The translations under genes were made by a program, and so were the position numbers. A DNA stretch of 64,000 nucleotides from Eledone cirrhosa (lineage: Eukaryota), in assembly GCA_964016885.1 (NCBI GenBank), contig OZ024742.1, forward strand, positions 288,052,001 through 288,116,000, given 5' to 3'. Numbering within the stretch: position 1 is the first letter of the stretch; each line of letters opens with the position of its first letter. This document shows, piece by piece, positions 28,826 through 42,470 of this stretch. Below the pieces are notes generated by a model, which did no database searches, was not told where the DNA came from, and saw only the letters and a list, made by a program, of their open reading frames with translations.

Positions 28826-29450
28826 CAAAGTTTGTTTTATAAATTTTGACATAACCAAGAAAAGATACCTTAACGGTTCAAGTTTTCCTTGGATAGTAAT
28901 ATCATTGAATATTATACTCCAGAAAATCTGTTGAGTGCTCTGAATCAGTTATAGACATTTATATTTGTTGAATTACCAACAAATTGAATATCCCTTTTGC
29001 TTATATATATATATATATAATGTTTTGTGTGTAACGTTTAGTTCCAGTTTGAGCAATCAATGCTAATATTTGGGACACCATAGTCAGTAGCTTTAAGAGG
29101 CAGAGTGTTAATAATTACTTCTACTTTTGGTACAAGGCCAGAAATTATACCAGTGCATTACTGGTAATTTATTTTATCGACCCCGTAAGGATGAAAGGCA
29201 AAATTAACCTCGGCGGTTAAATTGGCAGTATCGGTAGAGGGTCGAACGCCATGCTTTTCAGCATAGTTACGTCCCTTTACGGTCTGAGTTTAAATCCTGC
29301 ACTGGGATAATTGCTAGCCTTGTGCCAAAAGTAGAAACAATTATTAGAGTGTTAATAATAATAATAATAATAATGATTTCTTTATTTTAATAATAATGAG
29401 TAGGAACGAAGTATCAATATGCTTATTCACACGTGACGTCTCAAATCCAG

Positions 29451-29537
29451 AAGTCTGATGAACTATCAATTCCAGACTCGGGCGTGATCACTACTAATCA
29501 TACCTTGAGCTGATCGATCGCAAAATGCATGTCACTT
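29451..29537 (+). ncRNA. Degenerate hammerhead motif inside a foldback
   Basis: aagt-CTGATGA...GCAA-aatgcatg-TC-actt; shares accttgagc with the 12421 copy; flanked by inverted repeats 29388-29437 / 29531-29590. Confidence 0.5.
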
Positions 29538-29624
29538 GTGAATAAACAATGATATTATATTGATACTTTGTTCCTGCTCATTATTATTATTATTATCATC
29601 ATCATTAGTGTGTGTGTAGATAGC

Positions 29625-29800
29625 AATAATTGTTTCTACTTTTGGCACAAGGCAATTATTGCAGTGTATTACTGGTACTTTATTTTATCGACCCTGTAAG
29701 GATGAAAGGCAAAGTTAACCTCGGCGGGATTTGAACTCAGATCATAAAGGGAGGTAACTCTATGCTTCAAAGCATGGTGTCCGACACTCTACCGATACCA
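29625..29800 (-). mobile_element. tRNA-derived SINE family 1 (inverted copy)
   Basis: Reverse complement of 29846-30030. Confidence 0.8.
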
Positions 29801-29845
29801 CAGATAACAATAATGTTGATGAAAGTTTTTGAAGAAGGGACCATA

Positions 29846-30030
29846 TTGGCAGTATCGGTAGAGGGTCGGACGCCATGCTTTGACGCATAGAGTTACGGCC
29901 CTTATCATTCTGAGTTCAAATCCCGCCGAGGTTAACTTTGCCTTTCATCCTTACGGGGTCGATAAAATAAAGTACCAGTAATGTACTGGTGTGATTGCTG
30001 GCCTTGTGCCAAAAGTAGAAACAATTATTG
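29846..30030 (+). mobile_element. tRNA-derived SINE family 1 (full copy)
   Basis: A-box-like tggcagtatcggtaga, B-box gagttcaaatccc, core ctttgcctttcatcc..ggggtcgataaaataaagtacca. Other copies: 14-120(+), ~5340-5420(-), ~5770-5895(+), ~22805-22965(+), 29112-29216(-), 29221-29345(+), ~47010-47085(+), ~49700-49905(-). Confidence 0.8.
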
Positions 30031-30344
30031 TCATTACTGAATATTTCAATATTTCCGTTCGTTAGCGCTTTCATTTATTGGATACTTTCTGTTTTTGTAG
30101 TAATAAAAACAATTTTTTTTAATTATGCCTTTCCATTTCATGTTGTTAATGAATAATATCATACATAGACTTTTGTTCTACGGGAACGTAAACATTTCTA
30201 CAACTATAAATCGCAAAAAGAAAAAAGAAAAACAATTTTAAACAATATTTCGTAATCATAATCTACACTTTTCAAAATGCATCTCTGAAAAGTTACATTA
30301 AAAAAGTATGGACTATTAAGAAAGTTGAGTCATGACTAAAGTAT

Positions 30345-30700
30345 TGCTGCTTATTAAACGATTTAAACATTCAATTATATATAGTAAATTCACTTTCATT
30401 TTCCACGTATGAATAACGAATCATTACTTCCACATATAGATTCCTAACAATAATTAATTGTATTTATTACATGTGTTTATATTTTCATTTTATTATTATA
30501 AACAAATGTGAATAATAAACATATTTTGCTGTTTATTAAATGATTTAAATATAGCAAATTTACCACGTATCAACAACGAATGATTACTTCCGCATATACG
30601 TTCCTAGCAATAATTAATTGTATTTATTATGCGTTTATATCTGTTTATATTTTCATTCTATTATTATAAATAATTTGTAATGTTATTGATACAGCTGTGA
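30345..30700. repeat. ~180-bp tandem duplication
   Basis: ttattaaa.gatttaaa...ccacgtat..a.aacgaat.attacttcc.catata..ttccta.caataattaattgtatttatta occurs twice; part recurs at ~51245-51350. Confidence 0.65.
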
Positions 30701-30834
30701 ATAGTAAAAATATATATTTCCCAGTTTTCATTTCGGTTTTATATTTTATTTCTGAATTTGACGTCCTAGTAAAATAAGGAACAATCACAAAAAGACAGAT
30801 TAAAGACTGAATGAAAAATCATAACATCAACAAA

Positions 30835-31200
30835 AATTACCTCCAACATATATTGTTGAGTAAATAATGACAGTTGAATTGGTGGAAAGTGTCTTGGTGT
30901 TATCTTTTGTTACCTCCCAATTGTTGTTTCAGAAATGTAGTAGCTTCTTTACGTGAAGCTATTGTTGGTGGACGTAAATATAAAGTGTTATAGATAAATA
31001 TACATTGTGGATGGAATTATGGAATTAGGTACAAGAAAATTGTTCTGGGGTCTATATTATGTATAAATAATAAATATTTTCAACTGTCATATGTAGTAAT
31101 AATAAATGTTTACATAGAGTCAATTGTTTTGTGTAGAAATAATAAATATTTACTGGGAATCAAAGTAATTTAGTAAATGGGAACTGTGTACAAAAAATAA
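30835..31200 (-). promoter_or_regulatory. Putative upstream non-coding exon of ZNF-4 with splice donor
   Basis: Reverse-complement homologue of ~6320-6550, with the same ttggag|GTAATT donor (30839-30840); implies an intron of ~27429-30840. Confidence 0.55.
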
Positions 31201-32350
31201 ATATTTCCAAGTAATCGAATAAGAGGAAAATGGCGAAAATTCTGTGATTTTGGGATTATTGGAGACGCTGGGGTGGAATTATTGGATTTCCATTGGTCAG
31301 TTTTGGTCAGGTGATAAAACATACACACTAGTGTGTGCATGTGTATGACTATATATATATATTACATATAACAGCTGCAATAGGAAATAGTTGAGTGGCT
31401 TTTCGACCGTGACCACCCAGTCAATGTATCATCGTTTAGTGCAATGAGCAAATATGTTTACAGAGAGCAAGTGCTTTTTGTAGCGTTACAATAGGGGAGA
31501 TAACTCTCAATTCTCTGAGACAATGAGAAGTGTCTTGTTATCATTCCTTTTATCCATAAATCTGATGACTTCGTATTAATGATTCCAGTCATTTTTATAA
31601 TCAAGGTAGCTATTCTATGTCTTATGAAGTTCTGTTCTTCTTATGCCAAAGAATTTTAAAAGCGCTATTATTCAAATAGAACTCGAACTGTTGCGTTTAT
31701 TTAGGCAAAGAGACACGTTTTGGATTATCCTCGAGGTATTTCGTATAATCTTGGATATAAACATTGTCATATGATGTATCTGTTCTGTTTGTTATTGTTT
31801 GTGCTCTAGATTTCATATTGTGTTTTTATTTCTCAGTTTCTATTGTTTTGTAGAGATCTGGTGTCTATTAATTTGTCTTGATAAATAAAATAATTCAACA
31901 AACATTTCAAAAATTATTTGTTCTCGTCATTTTAAACATACGATAAATTATATAAAATATATTAGTCAAGATTAAGTTTCAATGTATTTCAATCGTATTT
32001 ATTTTCTTACAAAAATACAGATAGCTTCAAAATACAATTTTAAAATAATATTATTGATAATACAATTTCTTCTTTTAATTTTAAACTATTTAATGGGTAT
32101 GTAGTCTTACCACACATCCCGGTTTGGGAATGTCCAGCTTGAAAATTATGGTAAGCCTATGCATGCGTGGTCTTTTGTTAGTCATCAATGTAAATTACCA
32201 ATAAGAAGACTTCTTTTAGAAATAATCCTAACAATAACATGAATACAATTGTTTTTCGTTTGTTTTAACTGAATAAATATTGTTATCTCTGATCGAGATG
32301 AAGCGAGAGTGTATTTGAATTCATATAAAAATGAACAGCCATTAAAACAA

Positions 32351-32588
32351 CCAAATGCTGTCAAGGACAGCGATCGGCAAAATGCCTAGAGGGCAGAGAC
32401 GAGTGGCCAATGGTCGGCAGAGAGACAATCAACGAGGTGGGCAACAGGCAGACGAAACATCCTCCTCTTTTAGTCTTCTATGTTTCGTCTGCCTGTCGCC
32501 CATCTTGTGGATTGTCTCTCTGCCAACCACTGACCGCTGACCTCTGTCTTATGAGGTATTTTTCATTGCTCTCATTGACAGCATTTGG
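32351..32588. repeat. Imperfect foldback, ~110-bp arms, 19-nt loop
   Basis: ccaaatgctgtcaa...ggcagagagacaatc...caggcagacgaaacat / atgtttcgtctgcctg...gattgtctctctgcc...ttgacagcatttgg. Confidence 0.88.
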
Positions 32589-33444
32589 CTGTTCTAGCGA
32601 TGAGTTTGTTTTAACTTTTCAGTCAAGTTGAGAAGTGTAGTTGTTAAATACTCAAAACCGCAATGTAGTTAACATCTTAATATCATCAACTGATTGTCTA
32701 GTCATATGTGTGTATGTATGTGTGGAATTGTTGGGAATATATAGAAATAATTTTAGCATATTCTAGAAATATTCTATGGATCATGATATAGTAACCAGTG
32801 GTCAACTCTGAATGTCAGTACAGCATCTACATACAAAGCCCTCATCATCCATTTCCACCACATCTCTATACCAAAGTGTATTTTTTTCTGTAAATATCTT
32901 CTGATAGTTTCTTGCTATTCTAGCTTTCAATACTTCTGGTCAAATATCTTCTCTTTAATAATCTTCATGTTAATACTACATTATCCCTTATGTCTTATGT
33001 TGTCTTTATATTTCAGGTTATCTGAAGACATTGAGATAATAAATATTTCACTGAAGATTATCAACATATCAACATTTGAAGACTAAAAACAACTTCATGA
33101 AGCTGATGTCAGCCTGTTTCTACAATTCTGGTTGAGTGGATGTGAAATATTTCCTTGGAATTGAGATTATTTACAACATTACCTTTATTGATTACAAATG
33201 TATAAACTTAGAGATTTAGATTAAACTGGGATTATTTATCATGATGTTTTAACTGTCGTGTATATAAAAACTTCTGTATATGGAGATGTCTTGTTAATTG
33301 GAGCTAGTTTAATGATCTTTTAGTTGCTGGTTATTAATTACAACAGTCTGTCCTAAGAAATCCATTACAAGTTCTGTCTTAACAAACAAGATATCTTCAA
33401 ACTTTAACAAAGATTATCATATATATAGATTAAAAGAGAAAGTT

Positions 33445-34600
33445 ATGGATGAGAAAATACAGCCTGAACATATTGATTCATCTATTGACACACAGGAAAA
33501 CAGAAGAGGAACCACACTCTTGTGATATCTGTAAGAAGTTATTTACAACAAGAAAGAATTTAATTCAACATAAATTAATTCACTCAAACTCCAAATCATA
33601 CAAGTGTGAGTTTTACAATAAAAGGTTTACTAATAGCAATATTTTAACACGCCACAAATATATTCACACAAGAAAGAAACCATACCACTGTGATGTCTGT
33701 GGCACAAGTTTCTCGAGTAACAGTAGGTTAACATGTCACAAACGCATCCATACTGGAGAGAAACCATATTGTGATGATTGTGGCAAAGGATTCACTACAA
33801 AGAATTCTTTATCTCAGCACAAACTTATTCACACAGGAGAGAAACCATTCCATTGTCAAGTTTGTGGTAAAACATTTACAAGTAACAATATGTTAACTCG
33901 CCACATATGCATTCATACAGGAGAGAAACCTTTTCACTGTGATATATGTGGTAAATCATTTTCTCATAATAGTAGTTTGTCTTGCCACAAACTTACTCAT
34001 ACCGGAGAGAAACGATATCACTGTGATATCTGGTAAATCAATGTCATGCAATGCAACTTTAACTGCATACAAATGTATTCACACTGGAGAGAAGCCATAT
34101 CATTGCAATATTTGTGGTAAAGCATTCTCTCAGAAAGGTTCTTTATTTTACCATAAACCTGTTCATAGCAGAGAAAGACAATACCATTGTGATATCTGTG
34201 GTAAAACATTCCCTCACAGTAGTGGTTTGTCTACTTATAAACGTGTTCATACAGGAGAAAAAACATACCATTGTGATATCTGTGGTAAAACTTTTTCGCA
34301 GAGTAGTAGTTTGTCTTCCCACAGACGTATACACACAGGAGAAAAGCCATACAAATGTGATATCTGTGGTAAGAGTTTCTCTCAAAATGGTAATTTATCT
34401 GCCCACAAACATACTCACACAGGAGAGAAATCATACCACTGTGATATCTGTGGTAAAACATTGTCTAGCAACATTACTTTAGCTAACCACAAACATATTC
34501 ATACAGGAGAGAAGCCATATCACTGTTACATCTGTGGTGAATCGTTGTGAAATAGTACTTTATCTACACACGAACATATTCACACAGGAGAGAACGAGTG
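33445..34600 (+). pseudogene. Frameshifted subfamily-B C2H2 ZNF (possible truncated product from ATG 33449)
   Basis: Canonical ATG 33445 (MDEKIQPEHIDSSIDTQENR) is shifted by a 2-nt loss near 33500. A second 2-nt loss near 34031 (gatatctggtaa) gives W-stop, and fingers continue in another frame to 34550. Confidence 0.82.
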
Positions 34601-36695
34601 TGATGGAAGTTAATAAGAAAAAATAATGTGTGATGGTTATTAAGTTAAAATATAAGGTGACCTAGTAACATTTTGGAACTTTTATTGCAACTCTTTAATA
34701 TGAAATAAATTTATTGAAACAATAAAGAAAAGTTAGTGATTATTCATTTATCAGTATTAATGATGTTTGTATCTGTAATTTCTAAGACTGTAGTTGTTTT
34801 TTAAGGTAAGTAGTCAGAGAAGATGTATAGCTTGAACTTTGTGAGTTATCAGAAAGTTGGATAACTCGCTTGTTCTGACATAGAAGATAAAAATTTAGTT
34901 GGTTCTAACTGGTTGACAACTGGCTTCAGCTTGCAATTCAGACCGTGACTTATGGTATTTTTACAACAAAAATGTGTGTACTTGCTGCTGTTTCTACATG
35001 TACAGTACAAAATGTGTTTGTGTGTGTGCATGTCTGTTTTTATAATTTGCCCTCCACAGCAGAGGTAATGGCATATTATTCTTACCTACAACTTTCTGCA
35101 TATCAGTTATCGTCACTTCTAATTTAATGGTGTCTTGTCTTCTTTCCTGTTAAAACCTTTGTCTTGTCTTCATTTACTTTGACACCTCCACATTTAGATT
35201 TTATTCTCTAATCTTTCTACACTGTCTGTTATGAGAACTAGACAATTGACAAACAAAGTTCCCATGGACAGTTAGTTTTATCCTCTGCTTTTATGACCTG
35301 AGGAACTATAATAAACAGGAAACAAGAGGAAGTTGAGAACTGAACTTTGATGAACACCTATCTGCATGCTAAATTCTTTGCTGAACTCTAGAATCATAGA
35401 ACCAGGGATGGTTTGAACCAGACAGCTATAAGTTTCAGTAGCTGGTACTCCTGTTGGGTCGAATTGTGATAGTTTCTCTTTTTTTCCAATCATTCTCTTC
35501 ATTTTTAACCTTTCCTAATAGTATTACCGTGCATCTTTCTACTCAACATCAATGAAATTGATTGCGTTGCTATCTTCATTCATCTCTCACCAACACTGCC
35601 CTCATTCATTGATTCAATATTATGTGAGATAAAGCCTTTACCACAAAAATACAATAGTAAATATAGAGTAATGTAAATGCTAACGGATTAATTCAAAGAA
35701 CCAAGTTATGTGGCACACTGAATCTCCCTGAGAACTACATTAAAGGAATACATATTTGTTGAACGCTCAGCCAATTGCATATTAATTTCACAAGCAAACT
35801 ATCCCATTAATCAACCAACTGGAACACTTATCATTGGAACTGACGAGGTCCACTGATTACTCATCATCATAATTGACAGAAGTACAACACAATACACTGT
35901 AATGAGTTAGTAATAAATCTTTCATTACACGTAATTATTACTGACGACAGAAATGTTATCAATGACAATATTTTACCATATATTTCATAGTAGTATATCT
36001 TGCAGAGAAGACACGTAGCTTTATGATTCGGGGATTGGGTTCACAATCATAAGGTAGTGAGTTTGATTCCTGGACTGGATGGCAGGTTTTTTTTCCGTGA
36101 CACCTACACGACCACTTTAAAGTGTGGGTTGAGTGCTTTTTTGCTGTGGCACCGCCACGACCACAGTGGGATGATAGGGACCCCAGTCCCTATCATCTCA
36201 TTTCTTCAACTGAGTAAACTGGAGCAATGTGAAATAAAGTGTCTTGCTCAAGGAAACAACACATCACCTGGTCCAAGAATTGAACTCACAACCTTTCGAT
36301 TGCAAGCCCCAATGCTCTAACCACTAAGCTATGCGCCTTCATGTATGTGTATGTATATATATATATATGTATAAGGGATAACAAGTTACCGTTATAGGTA
36401 ATCCAGTTAGAGGTTGTGAATACTCCGTATTGTGGAAAGTTTTAGCGTACGCCGTTGTTTCACTCAACAAGAGGTTTCTTTAGGTAGCGAGTATATGAGT
36501 TCTCGGGAGTTCCTATGTAAGTTAATCTTGGAGTAATAATAGTGAAAGAGTGAAGAATACATTGTGAAAGAGTGAAGCATACATCGTATTTAAAATTGAG
36601 TGACACAACTTCAAGTGATTAGCAATTTTAAGACAACTTAACCAATGAAACAATTGTTAATACTGTAAATAAAACCCTTTTTGTAATGTTGACCA

Positions 36696-37310
<615 letters not shown>

Positions 37311-37643
37311 ATATATATATATTTAAAAGTTAAACAAGGTTCAATGAATAAATCAAAGAATGAGTTTTACAATAGCACTCAACAGTAATGGTTTTCCAGA
37401 GTTATTAATATTAATTCATGCTTTCCTTTCTTTCCTCTTTCTTCAGTGATTTAAATGTTTTAACTGTTATATTGATGCCATGTATTTTTTAAGCTGTATT
37501 ACACGCACCTCTCTATTGCATGTATTATATATTTTTCTCATGTTCTCAATATTAAGGTATAAATATTGAGTTTGTCATATATTACTCACTACCATGACTG
37601 AATCTTAACCATCTACTATGTCAGGGTATGTCATGCATCATCT

Positions 37644-37710
37644 TATTTTATCTGATGAGGACGTACTGTTGAACTTAACTCAGTACCTCTGAAATATGTA
37701 TAATAAAATA
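37644..37710 (+). ncRNA. Minimal type I hammerhead ribozyme in the 5' pseudo-LTR
   Basis: tattttat-CTGATGA-(gtactg/cagtac stem II)-GAAA-tatgta-TA-ataaaata; stem I perfectly complementary; predicted cleavage after 37702. Confidence 0.85.
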
Positions 37711-40700
37711 TACTTGATCACAAGAATATCTATTTTGTTAATATTTTGAATTAATATTAATAACTCTGGAAAACCATACTGTTGAGTGCTTCCAATCTAT
37801 TGTAAAACTCATTCTTTGATTTATTCATTGAACCTTGTTTAACTTTTAAATATATATAGCTCCCACCAGGTTGAGCGCTTTTTTCTACAATAGATTGCAT
37901 ATTTAATAAATTATGGAATTCTTCACCTTCCCGGCATCTCTCAAAGATATACATATACCATCTAATGAAGACTACATGGGAAACTTATAGAACAAACAAA
38001 CTCTTTTATAAGAAGAGTGAGATGGCGCGCATTTCATTTCGATAATAAAGAAGCTAAAAGAAAAACCAACAGCAATTATTTTGAAACTATCTTTAAATCC
38101 AGAATGAATCCTCCATCCAACTAACTCCTGGAGGATTTTGAAACTGAAATGCTCAATATACTTAAGAAAATTAAATTCAGGAAAAACCCATATATAGGTG
38201 ACCAATACCTTAGAACTTTAAAAGAAAAAATCTCGGATATAAAAAAAGTTAATAAAATATTGGTAAAATCTGACAAAACAAATAATTTATATGGGATAAA
38301 TAAAGAAGAATATAATGATTTGATTTTAAAAGAACTAAGGAAAAATTATAAAAAAAGCCCCGGCTGAAGATCTTACAGACATCAATAATGATGCATATAA
38401 ATTAATTGCAAAATTGGGAATTGAAGGAAGAACCGAGCCTCTTATACCTAGACAGCTGAGGATCAATTTTAAAGATCACAAAAGAAACTTTGAGGAAGAC
38501 CTGCCAGTTAGACTGATTGCTCCATCCAAATTGGATATTGGAGTAATCAGTAAAAATATTATTGATAGAATTCTACCTATTTTGAAATTGAGGTCTAAAT
38601 TGAGCTTGTGGAAGGATACAAATGAAGTGATTGATTGGTATAAAAATATAGATGATAAGAAAAACCATAAATTCATCCAGATGGACATAACAAGCTATTC
38701 CATTACGCCTAACCTACTAAATAAGGCTTGATCCTACGCTTACAAACATACAGATCTAACTACGGATGAAATCGATATCATATTAACTGCTAGAAGAACT
38801 CTAATTAATTTCAACAATGAGTATTGGACCCGCTCAGATAGAAATAGAAACTTCGACATTACCATGGTATCATCGGACTCAGCGCAAGTCATGGATCTGC
38901 TGGGGATTTTCATCTTAAATATGATAATAGAAAACTGCCGGAGATTACCGGTGGTTTATATAGGGACGATATTTTATTTACGGTTGTTAAACACAACAAT
39001 ACAGAACTAAATAGGGTAAAGAAAAATATAATTGAATTCTTTAAAAATTACAACCTTAAATTAGACGTAGAAAGTGGTACCAAAATAGTTAATTTCCTTG
39101 ATGTTACTCTTAACTTAAACTCTGGTTTTTATTACCTTTTCCATAAGCCCAATGAAAACTTAAATTATGTTAGTTATTACTCTAATCACCCTAAATCTGT
39201 GAAAAATGCAATTGTAAATAGTGTACAGAAACGCATAACTAGAATATCTGCCAATAAATCAATATTTGATGAAAAAGCAGGATATTACAATGATGCGCTA
39301 AAAAAGGCAGGTTATAAAAATAATATTGAATATATAGACAATAATGATCCGAATCTTAATCCTGATAAAAATAATAGTAATATGACTGGCATATATAAAC
39401 GAAATTCTAAAAATTCTAAAAATTATAATTCAAACACCTGTACTGTGAATAAATCGGAGAAAAGAACCAGAACTAAATCAGTTATATGGTTCCCCCCCCC
39501 CCCGCTTATGTAGCAGTAAGAACACCACTAGCTAATCTATTCTTTAAGGCTTTAGATAATTCCTTCCCTAGTCAACATAAATACCATTCCATATTTAATA
39601 GACACACAATTAAGCTTTCTTATTCTACAACTATGAATATGGTCCAAAACATCGCTAAACTAAATAGTAGAATTCTAAACCAAAATCAGTATAATGCTGT
39701 TAATAATAGTGTTAATATAAATAATAATAAATCGAAATGTAATTGTAGAAATAAACCAGATTGCCCTCTGCAAAATAATTGTCTGGATAGAAATTTGGTG
39801 TATAAATGCACCGTAAAAACAAATAACAACACATACAACTACATAGGCGCAACTTCTTCGACATTTAAATCGAGATTTGCGAATCACAAATGCTCATTTT
39901 CGAATTTTAATAGGAAGTCTTCGACTTCTTTATCGCAACTTATATGGTCATTAAAAAACAAAAATTTAAAATACTCGATTTTTTGGACGAAGCTTTGTAA
40001 TAGTAAAATATACTCGAACTCGTCTATATCAACTAACTGCAACCTCTGCACAAAGGAGACCCTATTAATAATTACTAATTATGAAAACTTAATTAACAAA
40101 AAAAGTGAATTATTCTCAAACTGCCTTCATAAAGCTTTGTCTACATTCAAAGCCTTGCAAAAAGTCAGGAAAAAACACTAAATAAACATGCTTTAATTTT
40201 TGACGTCTCTTATCAACTGTTGGACCTAAAAAGTTATAACAGTTTATAAAACTTTAATAATACTTTATTTTCTAATCATTTATGATAGAATTAATGTTAG
40301 CATGAAGGATCCTTAACATATTATTTGGTAACTTGTTCACTTGATAAATATGCACACCTTAGGATTATTTTAGATATTTATAATTTAGATTTGGATCTTT
40401 ATTTATCTGTCTCTGTTTTAAATATATAATTTGGATATTTAACTTGTAAAATTACCGGTTATAATTGAACTGTAGATCAGTCATGCATTTGCATATTTTA
40501 CTCATTTTGGGTATGTTTTGGGGACTCAGAAAGTTAGATTTGCACTTACATATTTTTATATATATCTAGGTATAAATATAACAAACCATACTAGTCGACA
40601 AACTGAATTGGAGGTAAAATTACAATTATAGCATTACTAATAATGATTATAAGTATTTATTTATTAAATGTATATCGTTTCATTAATACTTATAATACTC

Positions 40701-42072
40701 TCTCTATATAGTTGTACAAATATGTTTATCTAGTGTAATAGCATACTCGTAGTTACATTTATAAATAATTTAGATACTCAAATGACTCTCTATTGTTATA
40801 AGTGTTAGATATTCCCTGGATGTTCGAAATTATATAATGATTATTACTTAATTTAATATAATTTAATTTATTTTAATTAAATTTAGATTACCTTCGGCTT
40901 TTTCAAGTCTTTAGCTCCTCTTTCTATCACATTCGCTGGAAATTTTAGAAGTATCTTTTGTCTACTATATATTAAAATCCTATTACATTTTAAACTATAT
41001 TTTTAGTATTGGGCATTTTTAAGTTTCGCAAACAATCCATTATTTTTCACTTTTTATTTTTATATTTATTTTGTATCTAGCCCTTATCCTTAGAACTCAT
41101 GTAGTTTTGACATATATTTATAGTATATATCAACTAAATGATCCTTTTACAATAATTGATATAAAACATTAATTTTTAACAATATTTTTTTAACAATATT
41201 TTCAGTAACTTATTTACTATATTGTATTATTGTCTTATGTTATGTATATTTGAAAGGTATCACCTTAAGTCTTTAGACAATATAATCCTTGTATATTTTT
41301 TGATTAACACATTAATATAATTTAAAATTCAGACTTCTTTAAGTTTAATTATAAGGCCTGTTGATCCTTTAGGCACTCAAATTGTTAATCATAAATTCTT
41401 TAATAATTATAACTATAATTATTTTATAAATTATATTATATAAACTGTTGTCAATATTATAAATAATTTTGGTAAAGTTTACCTTCGTGAGGTTATAAAA
41501 ACATTATATTTTCTTTCTCGTGTTCGTAAATCCTTTAAATTTGATTTCATAAAATTTGAATTTTAGAAATTAAACTTGATAGTATACTATAATATTAATA
41601 CAGATACCTATTAACTTTTAAAACCTAAAATATTATTCATTACTCTGAACTAACTTAAATTAAATATTTTGAATATTAACGGTCAACCAAATAAGTTTAG
41701 ATATATATTGTATATATGGATAATTGTCTACAAACTTGAACATAAATTATTCCCATTTGTCTCTTTCTCTCTCTTTAATCATCTCTCATTTGTCTTTCGA
41801 GGCACCTACTAACTATATTATCCCATCAGCTGTTTCTTCCTCTATGCTTTCCTTTCTTTCCTCTTTCTTCAGTAATTTAAATTTTTTAACTGTTATATTG
41901 ATGCCATGTATTTTTTTAAGCTATATTACACGCACCCTCTCTATTGTATGTATTATATATTTTTCTCATGTTCTCAATATTAAGGTATAAATATTGAGTT
42001 TTGTCATATATTACTCACTACCATGACTGAATCTTAACCATCTACTATGTCAGGGTATGTCATGCATCATCT

Positions 42073-42139
42073 TATTTTATCTGATGAGGATGTACTGTTG
42101 AACTTAACTCTGTACCTCTGAAATATGTATAATAAAATA
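42073..42139 (+). ncRNA. Minimal type I hammerhead ribozyme in the 3' pseudo-LTR
   Basis: Same motif as 37644-37710: CTGATGA 42081-42087, GAAA 42120-42123, two stem II substitutions. Confidence 0.82.
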
Positions 42140-42470
42140 TACTTGATCACAAGAATATCTATTTTGTTAATATTTTGAATATTATATATATATGAGCAAG
42201 GCATGGTCAGCCGACCAGACACTGCCCACAACAGGACAACCTATCTAACCCATGCTAGCGTGGAAGAACGGACGTAAAACGGTGATGATGATGATGATGA
42301 TGATGATGATATATATATAATAATAAGGGTAGACGGACCCAGCATATTTATCAATGCCAGTACCGGTTGTATCTCAGCGCACTCAATGGGCAATGTAAGA
42401 TACATCACCAGAGTATACACATAGTTATTTGCCTCAACACAACACACGTAAAACGGGTGCCTATAAGGTT

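Larger units (their letters stand above)
37321..42180 (+). mobile_element. Penelope-like retroelement (RT + C-terminal GIY-YIG endonuclease), decayed, with pseudo-LTRs
   Basis: Fragmented ORFs ~38149-40181 carry RT motifs FIQMDI, FDITM, GGLYRDDIL (YRDD 38959-38970), VNFLDVTL and SNHP. GIY-YIG region CNCR..CPL..C..LVYKC..YIGAT..FKSRF..H..CNLC..E. ~335-bp direct repeats at 37418-37751 and 41844-42180; inverted segment 37321-37418 vs 37747-37855. Confidence 0.9.

Noticed and set aside
31550-31765. CTGATGA at 31562 with distant ttatcca/tggat complementarity
   Set aside because: No GAAA core or convincing stem II; too degenerate to call.
33017-33160. CTGA(A/T)GA...GAAA in the ZNF leader as a possible hammerhead
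   Set aside because: No stem I or stem III complementarity, and three A-type leaders read CAGA rather than CTGA.
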